Below are positions 18,693-31,700 of a DNA stretch of 56,025 bases, piece after piece; within the stretch, counting starts at the first letter, position 1, and every line of letters begins with the position of its first letter. The stretch lies in assembly GCA_023137195.1 (NCBI GenBank), contig JAGLPV010000006.1, forward strand, positions 1-56,025. Direction: 5' to 3'. The DNA comes from Candidatus Aenigmatarchaeota archaeon (lineage in GTDB: Archaea > EX4484-52). Position numbers and translations under genes: made by a program. The notes beneath the pieces are model-generated. The model was not told the DNA's origin and searched no databases. It was given only the letters and a program-made list of their open reading frames with translations.

Positions 18693-19121
18693 ATGATAGC
18701 AAATATAAATATAATAAATATTTCTGCTTCCAATAAAATTGATTTTAAAAAACAGGAAAAAAAAATAGAAATCGGAAACATGCTTTCTATTAAAAATGTA
18801 GTTGAAAACACAGACAGCAAAACGATTGCAATTTCTTTTGAATTCAAGATTATCTACAAAACAGAAAAAGAAGAGTTGGGAGATGTAATTTTTCTCGGCT
18901 CTCTCTTGTGGAAAGAAGATGATTCAGAAAATACATTCAAAACCACATGGGAAAAAGACAAAAAACTCCCGGAAAAACATTCTTTTGTAATCATGAATTC
19001 AATATTGAGAAAATGCATCTTGTCTGCAATTGACATCGCACAGCAGATAAACATGCCTCCACCAATAAACATCCCTGTTATACAGGAAAAAAAAGTGCAG
19101 AATATTGAATATATCGGATAA
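18693..19121 (+). CDS. Conserved archaeal hypothetical protein, possibly SecB-like fold
   Basis: 5 nt after rps8e. Alternating beta pattern (ISFEFKIIY, GDVIFLGSLLW) followed by a helix and MPPPINIP. Confidence 0.7.
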   Translation: MIANINIINISASNKIDFKKQEKKIEIGNMLSIKNVVENTDSKTIAISFEFKIIYKTEKEELGDVIFLGSLLWKEDDSENTFKTTWEKDKKLPEKHSFVIMNSILRKCILSAIDIAQQINMPPPINIPVIQEKKVQNIEYIG

Positions 19122-19264
19122 AACCAGATATCCCACAAATAAAGTATTGTTTTTCGTATTCAAATAATAGTTCATACTTATTTTTAATTATTTGTGGTAT
19201 TGCCGAAAATCCAGAGGATAATTTCAGATACAGAGATATTTATAAAAATCGCAAGAATTATCGT

Positions 19265-19456
19265 TTAAAATTTTTTTGCTTTTTTAAGATTAGATAGACA
19301 AGAAGCGAGTTTGTTTCTCGTACTTTTGCTTTTTATCAATTGAAGTTCCTTAAGAAGTTTTTTATTTTCCTCAAAATTTGTTGTAACTTTGTCTTCTATT
19401 ACAGCAAATAGTCTTTTTGCATTGTTTTTAATGTAAAGAGGTCTTATGTTTCCCAT
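19265..19456 (-). CDS. rps17e: 30S ribosomal protein eS17 (S17e)
   Basis: MGNIRP.YIK..A..L, T.NFEENK, SK..RNKLA. Confidence 0.93.
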   Translation of the reverse strand: MGNIRPLYIKNNAKRLFAVIEDKVTTNFEENKKLLKELQLIKSKSTRNKLASCLSNLKKAKKF

Positions 19457-19555
19457 TATTGATGGATAAAAGAAATTTATATAAATGTATCGACTAAAAC
19501 ATATGTTTTGGATGTCAAAATAAAGTTTGTAAGTTATAGCATAATATATTGCCTG

Positions 19556-19670
19556 TATCTAAACTTCCTTGCGAAATTATACGCATATATATACAATGAA
19601 AAAAGCAGACGAATTATTGGTTTTTTTGGCGCATAAATTAAGGAGAAATTCATAAAATAGTCCTATGAAA
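19556..19670 (-). repeat. Inverted copies of intergenic modules A and B
   Basis: 19556-19597 is close to the reverse complement of 14496-14535. 19652-19670 (ATAAAATAGTCCTATGAAA) is the reverse complement of the first 19 nt of module B with 2 mismatches. Confidence 0.7.
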
Positions 19671-19741
19671 AATACTATTTTTGAACTGAATTTCTTGCTC
19701 ATGGAGGGGTATAACAATAAAAGAATAAACAAAACAATAAA

Positions 19742-19751
19742 TTATATAAAA
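19742..19751 (+). promoter_or_regulatory. TATA box candidate for the giant gene
   Basis: TTATATAAAA 20-29 nt before ATG 19771, preceded by an A-rich BRE-like stretch. Confidence 0.55.
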
Positions 19752-19770
19752 CTGATAATCTATATTTAAT

Positions 19771-22700
19771 ATGCGAAAAAAATCACAGACGAATCTAAAA
19801 TTTACTACATTTTTATTAACATTTACCGTCATTTTCGCATCATTATTTTTTCTTTCTTCAACCGGAAATTTTTGGACTTGGGGACAGGAAAAAACAGACA
19901 TTATTACAATAAATTCACCCACACCAAACAGTGTTCTTGACTCAAAAACAATTCCAATAAACCTGACTCTTCTAAACACAACATCCGGCTATGTTTACAT
20001 ATCAATTTTTCAAAACCAGGCGATAATAAATTCAACAGCAATTGAGCTTGAAGGAGAAACAGGTAAAAATTATGAATCAAGTATATCTGTCTTTGATGAC
20101 GGAACATATAATGTTGATTTGACAGTATGCAATTCAACAGATAACTGCACCTCTCACACCATAGAAAATATTTCCATAATGACTTCTGGTAATTCTTCTT
20201 TCGAACAGGAAAACACCACAATCCAACTCCCTCAAATATACGATATTATTCCAAATTCGTATTCAATATTCTTAGGAGATATGCTGTCCATCCTGGCAAA
20301 GTTAAGTTACTCCAATCAAACCTCTGTCCAAAACAGCAAAATCACATATGAAGAAAACCAGACGATTCTAGGCACAAATTATACCGACCAGACCGGTTGG
20401 TCTGTACTTTATATAAATACAACTGGCAAAGGGGTTGGAAACCACACCATAAATGTGACTTCAATCTACGGCACATACAATACAACTATTGTGGAGTTTT
20501 TTTCACCAAATAATTCTGATGAAACACAAGACAATGCCACCAATGAAATCGAGGAAAACATTACAATCCAACTCCCTCAAATATACGAAATCATCCCCAA
20601 TTCTTATTCCATTTTTTTAGGAGATATGCTCTCTATCCTAGCAAGATTGGGTTATTCAAACAATACCTCTGTCCAAAACAGCACCCTTACTTTCTGGCAA
20701 AACCAGGAGATAATAGGACAGAATAATACTAATCAAAATGGCTGGTCTACACTCCACATAAATACAACTAACAAAGAGTTTGGAAACCACACAATAAATA
20801 TAACTTCAGTTTACGGAACATACAATACAACCACCATAGAGTTTAAAGAACAGGAAAATACAACCAATACAACTGGTGAAACAGTTGAAAATACAACAAA
20901 ACAAAAAGACAATCAAACTACCCTCAATATCTTTAATTCTACGACAATTGAAGATAATTGGACGGTTAAATTTAATACAACCGGAATTGCAGACCTCTGG
21001 ATATCAGTTGTTGACGGCACAACATGGAGCGACGCTGACGAAACAGAAGATTTGAAATTCATTCAAATAAGATGCGGAAGTCAAACATTGGATTATATAT
21101 GGAGGAACAATTCTGTTTTGGTTCAAAATTATTCATGCACACAAGCAGGTTATGTAATCTCTAAAATATTTACCGCAGGAAAACACAATCTAAAATTCAC
21201 ATTCGGCAACAACACAGCTTATGCCAATTGCACCAGTATAGATAAGTTAACAGATTTACAAAAAGAATATGACCCACAGACCAAAACAATCACAATCACA
21301 AAAAAACCAAAGAAAAAATTACTATCTCTTAAACTAGGAGGGAAAGAAAAAATCGCAGAATTCCAGTTGATTAATAATACAGACCACTGCTTCATCGACT
21401 GCGAGGCAGTAATAAAATTCACAGCATATCAGAACATCCCAATCCCAAAAGACAAGGACAACAAATTCAAGTTCAAAGGAAACCTGAAATCATTTTCATC
21501 TGAAATAGATGGAGCTGATTTCTTTGACAAGAATTACAAAGCAGGAGAATATTACATAACTTTGAAAGGAAAAAAGAATCCTTTTGACAACGTAGACTGG
21601 ATTCCAAGAATATTCGGCATAGACTTTGACGAATGGGCATGGTGGAATTCAACCTTTGACAAGAAGCAGGAAATCCAGATAAACAATACAGACAAGGAAG
21701 TTGCCAATTATTCTTTGCTTATCAATGTCTCGTATGATTCTGACATGCTCTCCAACTTTGCTGACCTACGGTTTGCCGATGCTTCTGAAAACGAAGAATT
21801 GTCTTACTGGATTGAGAACAAATCAGACGGAAGTTATGCAGATGTCTGGGTAAAGATTCCATACACTTTGACGAATACGACGAATACGACAATCTATATG
21901 TATTATGATAATGCAAGTGCAGTTGAAAGTAAAAGCAACATAACTAATGCATTTTTATTTGCAGACGATTTCAACGATAACTCTTACGACACAGGCAAAT
22001 GGGACGAAGTATACTTCTTAGGTTCGGCTTGCGGTTCCATAACAGAAGCAAATGGCAGGCTAAACATAAGCGCTACAAGAAGCGGCACCAACTGTTATCT
22101 CTATTCTATATCAAAAACAAATCTTTCCGGGATTGATACAATCACAACAGGGGATATAGTTGATTCAAGTATATTGGGTTCTGATTATCACGGGGGTGGA
22201 TTACACTATGAAATAAATAATACAGATAATATTTTTATCGGAACATATAAACTTTATAATACTGATGGATTCTATATGAGGAGCTACCATAGTCCCGATA
22301 GTTACCAGCCTTCTGATGTTTCACATAGTTCTGTATCATGGAATGCGACAATCATACACACAAATACATGGATAACAAAATATGATAATACAGTTCACAT
22401 GAATGCTTATACTGAAACTAACCCTCTTTCAGGTGAATTCCCTGCAATCTATACCTCCTCGCCCACAACCGATGGCAACTCCTGGATTGAATATGACAAT
22501 ATAATCAGTCGCGTATATCTTTCAACAACCCCGACATATTCATTTGTAACAGAAGAAGATCAGCCCCCCCACATAGACTTTGTTAATTCGACAACCGCTC
22601 CAGGGACATACAAGCAGACCTATATTGAAGCAAACATAACCGCCTCTGATGATAATATTGACACAATAACTCTTTATCTTTACAACTCAACATCTTTGGT

Positions 22701-25700
22701 GCAAACTGATACTTCATCAACTTCGCCTTTATTTGTAAATTACACAAGTCTGCCTCTTGAGACCTATTATATAAACGCAACAGTAAACGACACTGCAGCA
22801 AATACAAACCAGACCGGGACAAGAACAATATCTCTAAAGGATATCTCTCTTTCTATTAATCTCAACAGCACAACAGTCAATCCAGAAGAAACAATCGAAA
22901 TATCCGGTTATGCAACCTTACAACCCGACGGGACAAATGTCACAAACAACACAATATATATCTGGCAGGACAATTCTTTGATAAATATTATAAATAAACC
23001 AGATTATGTTTCTATTTGGTGGAACACAACTTTCCAGAAAAAGAAAGCAATCCAGATAAATAACACAGATATAGAAGTCGCAAATTATTCTCTTTTACTA
23101 AACATAACTTACGACTCTGACATGAACTCAGACTTCTCAGACATAAGATTCACAAATGTTTCAGAAAATGAAAAACTCAACTATTGGATAGAAAGCAAAG
23201 TCGATAGCTCTTATGCAAACATCTGGGTAAATATACCCTACACTTTGACAAATACAACAAACACGACAATCTATATATATTATGGTAACACTTCTGCCGT
23301 GAGCAGCGAAAGCAATGGCTCTGCAACATTCGATGCATTTGGTTCTGGTGGAGATATAACATCTTATGATAAATATCTTATCCATACTTTTACTGAATCC
23401 AGTACATTTACACCAACTGTAAATATGAATACAGAATACTTAGTCATAGCTGGTGGAGGTGGAGGTGGCACTGCAAATAATGGAAATTCTGGTGGTGGTG
23501 GCGCAGGAGGATATAGAAGTTCAGTTTCTGGGGATTCATCTGGTGGAGGCGCAGCAGCAGAATCACCTCTAGTTCTAACAGCAGACACAGGATATACTGT
23601 AACTATTGGTGCCGGCGGCGCAGAATATACAAACGGAGGCAACTCTGTCTTTGGTAGTATCACTTCCATAGGTGGTGGGAAAGGAGGATATTATAACGCG
23701 GTTGCCGCAGGCAGTGGTGGTTCTGGAGGAGGGGGAGGACAATCTCATGATCTTGGAGCATCTGGAACAGCAAATCAGGGATATGCAGGAGGTCGTTCAA
23801 GTGCAACAGGTGGTATTGGTGCTGGAGCTGGTGGTGGCGCAGGAGCAGTTGGAGGCGCTTCATATGGCACTGATGGTCGTGAAGGCGGTCATGGTGGTAT
23901 AGGAGTAGCAAGTACTATAACAGGAACATCTATCTATAGAGCAGGCGGTGGAGGCGGCTCTACTCATGGTCAAGGAACAGCAGGTATTCCTTCAGGTGGA
24001 AATGGCGGTGGTGGTAATGGTAAGTATGCATCATCTGTAAACGCTACAAACGGCACTATAAATACAGGTGGCGGCGGCGGCGGCGGCGGCGAAAATAATC
24101 CATCAGGAATTGGTGGTTCTGGTATCGTAATAGTGCGATATGTATCTAGAACTAATATAAGTACAGAACCAACCACATCATTCAGTTCAGAACAATCCCT
24201 AACCCGAACAGACTCAAACGGGCAATACAATTACACTTTCACAGCATCTCAATACGCTGGTGCTTACACAGTCAAAGTAAACCTGACAGACTCAAACTCA
24301 ATCTACGGAGAGAACGAAACAACATTAAACATAAAAATCAATCTTACAAGTCCGACAGCAACATCAACCACATCCGGCACAGTCTATACAAACCCAACGG
24401 AGACAATCAACCTGACTGTAACTATCCCAACCTCAAACATTAACTGCCCAACATTGAACCTCTCCAATGTCTGGGCAAACATAACAAAACCAACAGGTTC
24501 TGAACTAGTCCAGTTATCCGGCTCTGTGCAGGGAAACACTTGGGACGGAACCTTCACAAATACTGATGAAACAGGAACATACAATATAACATACTATGCC
24601 AATCTGACTGATGGTTTCAGCCACGTAACCACGACAACAACCTCATTCTATGTCAAGAACATCTCAGTCACGCTAAATCTTGATAATACAATAGTAAACC
24701 CATCTCAGAACGTGGAAGTTTCAGGAAAGGCAACATTGCAGCCAGACAATACAAACATTACAAACAACACAATCTCAATATGGCAGGACAACACCCTAAA
24801 ATTAGGAGGATCTTGGTGGAACACAACCTTCCAGAAAAAGAAAGCAATCCAGATAAACAATACAGACAACAATATAGCAAACTATTCCTTACTCCTAAAC
24901 ATTACATACGATTCAGACATGAACCCAGACTTCTCAGACATAAGATTCACAAACAGTTCAGATAATGAAGAATTAAGTTACTGGATAGAAAGCAAATCAG
25001 ACAGTTCTTATGCAGATGTCTGGGTAAAAATACCATATAATTTGACAAATACCACAAACACGACAATCTATATGTACTATGATAATACATCTACTGTTTC
25101 GAGCCAAAGCAATGGAAACAATGCATTTGAATATTTTGAAGATGGTGAAGATGCAAGTGATTGGTCTTTCACTCTTGGAAGCGGAACAGTAGAGTCTTCA
25201 ACAGATCAAGCCTTTGAAGGCAGCAAATCTATTAAAATATCCGCTGTTGGTGGAGCAGATACAGCTACAACCTATTTTGATTCTGTAACCAGAGATGCGC
25301 TTACTCATGCTTTTGGATACAGGGTCATGATCTCAAGTACATCTATGACAACACGACAATATTTACTTAATCCTAACAGTGAAGATGAAGTAAGTGTTTT
25401 CACAGATTGGGTTGCAACTGATCCAAATGGATGGAGTCATAAAAATAATTCTGGCAGTGTTGTAGCATTTAGTCCTGTAATAGATGTTGTAGCAAATGAA
25501 TGGATGAAATTAAATTATGAAAATATCACTTCAACAGAATGTGATTTTTATATAGATGATTATTTCAGACATGATACTTGTTCTAATGGAGCTCAAGACC
25601 AATTCCATAGTTTTGGTGTTACTTTAGATGAAACACAAACAGTATATATTGATGCATTAATAATTAGAAAATACATAATCCCTCCAACATCCTCTTTCGG

Positions 25701-28700
25701 CACAGAACAAAACCTTACCCAGACCGACTCAAATGCACAATACAACTACACCTTCACAGCATCTCAATACGCAGGAAACTACACAGTCAAGGTCAACCTC
25801 ACAGATTCAAACTCAATCTACGGAGAGAACGAAACAACCCTGAACGTAAAAATCAACCTCTCAAGTCCGACAGCAACTTCAACCACATCAGGAACAGTCT
25901 ATGCAAACCCGACAGAAACAATCAACCTGACAGTAAATATCCCAACATCAAACATAAACTATCCAACATTGAACCTCTCCAATGTCTGGGCAAACATAAC
26001 AAAACCGACAGGTTCTGAATTAGTCCAGTTATCCGGTTCTGTCCAAGGAAACACATGGGATGGAACATTCACAAACACAGATGAAACCGGAACTTACAAC
26101 ATAACATACTACGCAAACCTGACCGACGGTTTCAGCTATGTGACCACAACAACAACTTCTTTTTATGTCAAGAATGTTTCAGTTTCAATCAATCTAAACA
26201 ATCCAATCTCAAACCCATCTGAAAGTGTCGAAGTGTCCGGATATGCAACCTTGCAGCCAGATGATACAAACATAACAAACAACACAATTCATATTTGGCA
26301 GGATGACTCATATGCAATAAGCTGGTGGAACACAACCTTTGAGAAAAAGAAAGAGATCCAGATCAACAACACAGACAACGAAGTTGCCAATTACTCATTA
26401 CTCCTCAACATAACTTATGACTCTGATATGAACTCAGATTTCTCTGACATAAGATTCACAAACAGTTCCGAAGATGAAGAACTATCTTACTGGATCGAGT
26501 CCAAAGTAGATTCTTCTTATGCAGATGTCTGGGTAAAGATTCCATACACATTGATCAACACAACAAACACGACAATCTATATGTATTATGGAAACACATC
26601 GATTGTGAGTAGTGAAAGCGATTATTTTAATGCTTTTCTATTAAGTGATAATTTTGATGATAATTCAATAGATACATCATTATGGACATCTGAAAGTGGA
26701 ACTCCGACAGAAAGTAGTGGTATTTTAACAGTAGATGGAACCGATGGCACAAGAGATGCTTTATGTAGTGTCGTCAATATTTCACGACCATTTATTATCG
26801 AAGTAGATGGTAAATCAACTGCAAACGATAATTGGAATCTCTATTTAGCTTGGACTCCTGATTCAGCAACATCTAATACTCACATGACTTTACGGTATCA
26901 TGGAGGTGTAAATTATTGGGCAGATGATGATGGTGCTGGAAATTATCATGCGTGGGCTGTATCTGATGATGATAATAAGTGGGTAAATATGACTATGATT
27001 GGTAGGGAAAACATGACCTCATATTTTAAGAAAGTGTCTTCAACAGCAACACAGATTAAAGATTATAACAATGTTGGTTCACACACAGAACATTTAGTCT
27101 GTTTGATGCAATGGGGAGAAGGTGCAGGCACAGGTCTTGGATATTTTGATAATATTATAGTTAGACGATATTTAGAGACAACTCCAACATCCTCATTTGG
27201 TACAGAACAACTCTACACTCAAACAGACTCAAACGGGCAATACAACTACACCTTCACAGCATCCCAATACGCCGGAAACTACACAGTCAAGGTCAACCTC
27301 ACAGACTCAAATTCAATCTACGGAGAGAACGAAACAATCCTGAATGTAAAAATTAATCTTACAAGCCCAACTGCAACATCAACTACCTCAGGCACAGTCT
27401 ACGCAAATCCAAGTGAAACAATAAACCTGACAGTAAATATCCCGACCTCAAACATCAACTCCCCGACACTTAACCTTTCTAATGTCTGGGCAAACATAAC
27501 CAAACCCACAGGTTCTGAATTAGTCCAGTTGTCCGGATCCGAAGAAGGAAACCAATGGGACGGAACCTTTACAAATACACAAGATAGTGGAACCTACAAC
27601 ATAACCTATTATGCAAACCTGACCGACGGTTTCACTCATATAACCACAACCACAACATCTTTCTATGTCAAGAATATCTCAGTCACGCTAAACCTTGATA
27701 ACACAATAGTAAACCCATCCCAGAACGTAGAAGTTTCAGGAAAAGCTACATTGCAACCCGACAATACCAATATCACAAACAACACAATCTATATCTATCA
27801 GGATGATGTATCCGTAATAACCTGGTGGAACTCAACCTTTGAAAGAAAGAAAGAAATCCAGATAAACAACACAGACATAGAAGTTGCAAATTACTCATTG
27901 CTTCTAAACATCACATACGATTCAGATATGAACTCTGACTTCTCTGACTTAAGATTCACAAACAGTTCAGAAGACAGATTATTAAACTACTGGATCGAAT
28001 CTAAAGTAGACAGTTCTTACGCCGATGTCTGGGTAAAGATTCCATACAATCTGACCAACACCACAAACACGACGATCTATATGTATTATAATAATAATAC
28101 GGTCATTGAAAATGTAATTAGTTATACTAATGCCTTTTATTATTCTGATGATTTTGAAGATAATGACTATACATCTAATCCTGTATGGTCTGTTGAAGAC
28201 GGTACATGGGTTATAGATACAAAAACATTAAAAGGAGGTAGTGCAGGTTCAAGTTATGGGCATATTTACTCTGATATGCCTTCATCAATTAATTTAGTGG
28301 ATGTAGAATTTAAATTTAAATTTTCCGATCTAGCTGCAGCAGGAGAAAGCATTTCTTTTTATCTGCAAACTGATTCAAATGTAGGTTATGTATTGTATAT
28401 CCAACAGAGTGGGGGGTATGATTTATATATTGGTGATTTTTCATCAAATATTATTGATGTTTCATGGTCTCCGGATACGAATTGGCATACTGCAAGGATT
28501 ACAAGACGAAAAGACTCAAATCTGACAATATATTTAGATGACACAGTTAAAGGTTCAGTTGTGGATATGACAATGAATTCATTTAATAGGATAAGAATAA
28601 GGAGAGGTAATTATGCAAATTTCTACATGTATGCAGACAATATATCAATTAATCATTTTATTATAGCTCCAACTTATTCATTCGGATCAGAACTGTTAAA

Positions 28701-31700
28701 GACCGACTCAAACGGGCAATACAACTACACCTTCACATCTTCATCAACTCTTGGTCAACATACAATCAAGATAAATCTTACAAATCCAAACTCAATCAAA
28801 GGCGAGAACGAGACAACAATAGACGTACGAAACCTTACATATTCACAGTTCAACCTATCCGATTCAGACAGCCAGTTGAACAACATATTAAACCCGGCAG
28901 AATCCTACAACGCAACAGTAAAGATACGTGAATACAACGGCTCGGATTACTTCGATGTAACTTCCGGGACATTCACAACAACAATAGCAGGAACAACCTA
29001 TTCTCTAAACCATATAGGAAGTTCAGTCTGGCACACAAATGAGACCCTAACAGCATTGTCATCTTTAGGCCAGCAATCCTTCCTTGCAAACATAACTGGA
29101 ACTTCAGGAAACGGCATAACAGACTCAATACAAGACACAAACTATACTTACAATGTCAAGAACATCTCAGTCTCAATAAATCTCAACAGCACAATAGTTA
29201 GTCCGGAAGACACAATAGAAGTTTCAGGATATGCAACATTACAACCCGACGCAACAAACGTGACGAACAATAATATCTTGATCTGGCAGGACAACATAAA
29301 AATAGCAGGAGCAAGCACCTGGTGGAACGCAACATTCCAAAAAAAAAAAAAGATAAAGATAAACAACACAGACAATGAAATCGCAAATTATTCATTATTA
29401 TTAAACATATCTTATGACTCTGACATGAACCCAGACTTCTCTGATCTAAGATTTGCAAATGGTTCAGATAATGAGGAATTATCTTACTGGATCGAAAGCA
29501 AATCAGACAGTTCTTACGCAGATGTTTGGGTAAAGATCCCCTACACTCTTTCAAACACAACAAATACGACTATTTATATGTACTACAAGAATTCAACGGT
29601 TGTTACAAGTAGAAGCAATATTACTACAGCAGGTATATTTGGCGATGATTTTGAAGATCATGTAACTGACTGGGAAAATGAGAACAGTTGGACAACATCC
29701 AATAATGGTGGATATATTGATTTGAAGAGTACTGATTGTTATGCTGGCACGAAATGTGGATTAATTGAAGTAGCACCATCTAATGATCCACACGTAGGGT
29801 TTGAGCCATTACAATTATCATCCGGTAGACTACAATTCATGATGCGTGAGAGTTTCGCAGGTTCAGTTGGCAGAATATCATTCCAAACTTTTGATGGTGC
29901 AACAAAATATATATATTCTTTTTTCGGAACTTCGAGTGCAAAGGATTTGAAATATTATGTGTCATCATCTATAGATACAGGCACAGATTATACACCTGAT
30001 GTATGGAAGAAAGTTATATATGAATGGGATAGTTCTACTTTTGATTGGTATTATGACGGCATAAAAATAGTTGATGATGGATTATATCAGGATAGTGGTT
30101 CGTATACAAATGGTATTGACGAAATAAGATTCGTTGGGATGGCAGTCAATGACCAAGCAGAAATCGATAATGTATTCTATACAGCATCTCTATCAACAAC
30201 CCCAACCTCATCATTCGGCGCAGAACAATCATTGATACAAACCGACTCAAACGGACAATACAATTACACCTACACAGCATCTCAATACGCCGGAAACCAC
30301 ACAGTCAAGGTCAACCTCACAGACTCAAACTCAATCTATGGTGAAAACGAAACAACCCTAAACGTAAAAATCAACCTGACAGACCAAACAGCAACATCAA
30401 CTTCAACAGGAAATTCAAACGCAAACCCATCAGACACAATCAATCTGACAGTAAACATCCCAACATCAAACATCAACTACCCGACCCTAAACATCTCCAA
30501 TGTCTGGGCAAACATAACAAAACCAACCGGCTCAGAAATAGTCCAGTTATCCGGCTCAGTACAGGGAAATACATGGGACGGAACATTCGCAAACACAAAT
30601 GAAAAAGGAACATATAACATAACCTATTATGCAAACCTCTCAGACGGTTTCAGCCACGTAACCACAACCACAACATCATTCTATGTAAAGAACATCTCAG
30701 TCACACTAAACCTTGACAACACAATAATAAACCAATCCCAGAACGTAGAAGTTTCAGGATATGCAACCTTACAACCAGACAATACAAATATCACAAACAA
30801 CTCTATCTCAATCTGGCAGGATAATTCTTTGTTAAATGCATGGTGGAACACAACTTTCCAAAAAAAGAAAGAGATCCAAATAAATAACACAGACAACGAG
30901 GTCGCAAACTATTCATTATTATTGAACATAACCTACGACTCAGACATGAACCCGGACTTCTCTGATCTAAGATTCACAAACAGTTCAGAAAATGAAGAAC
31001 TAAACTATTGGATTGAAAGCAAATCAGACAGTTCTTATGCTAATGTCTGGGTAAAGATACCTTATGAATTAACCAACACAACAATCTATATGTATTATAA
31101 GAATAATACAGCAGTTGAAAGTGAAAGTAATATAAAAACCGCTTTTATCTTAGGTGATTTTGAAACCGGCACATCAACAATAGATACAGATATATGGACA
31201 CAAGGTACAAATCCCGTAACAGCAACAGCGAATGGAGATTGGACAACATTAACAACAGGTGCAACTGACCCATCTTTTATAAAGTCAAATATTTGGTTTG
31301 ACCGTGCTGGTTATATGATTCATTTAGATTGGGAAAATAATAATATTAATCCATATGTAGCGGTTGGTATAATGGATGGCGCGATGGATGGTGCTACAAA
31401 TACAATATATCAAATGCTCGGCGCACCAAATTATATAAAATTAAGAACAGAAAAAGATAACGTTCAAACAGACCCAGCCCAAAATATTTTATCTAATCAT
31501 AATATAGTTCATAATATGGTTTTATATTTCAACAGTACAGAAGCAACATGGGCTGATAATTCAAGTGATGGTAATTTTGCAGGTTCATCAACAACAAATA
31601 TTCCCACCATAGATTTAGAATTTTGGATTGCCGGATATATTGGTGGCAGTCATCCTTTTAGTATAGAAGTAAGGAATTTGTATATTACGAAATGGTTACA

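Noticed and set aside
24070-24090. (GGC)7 tract as a phase-variation switch
   Set aside because: An in-frame triplet encoding the normal poly-Gly of this domain; slippage would not shift the frame.
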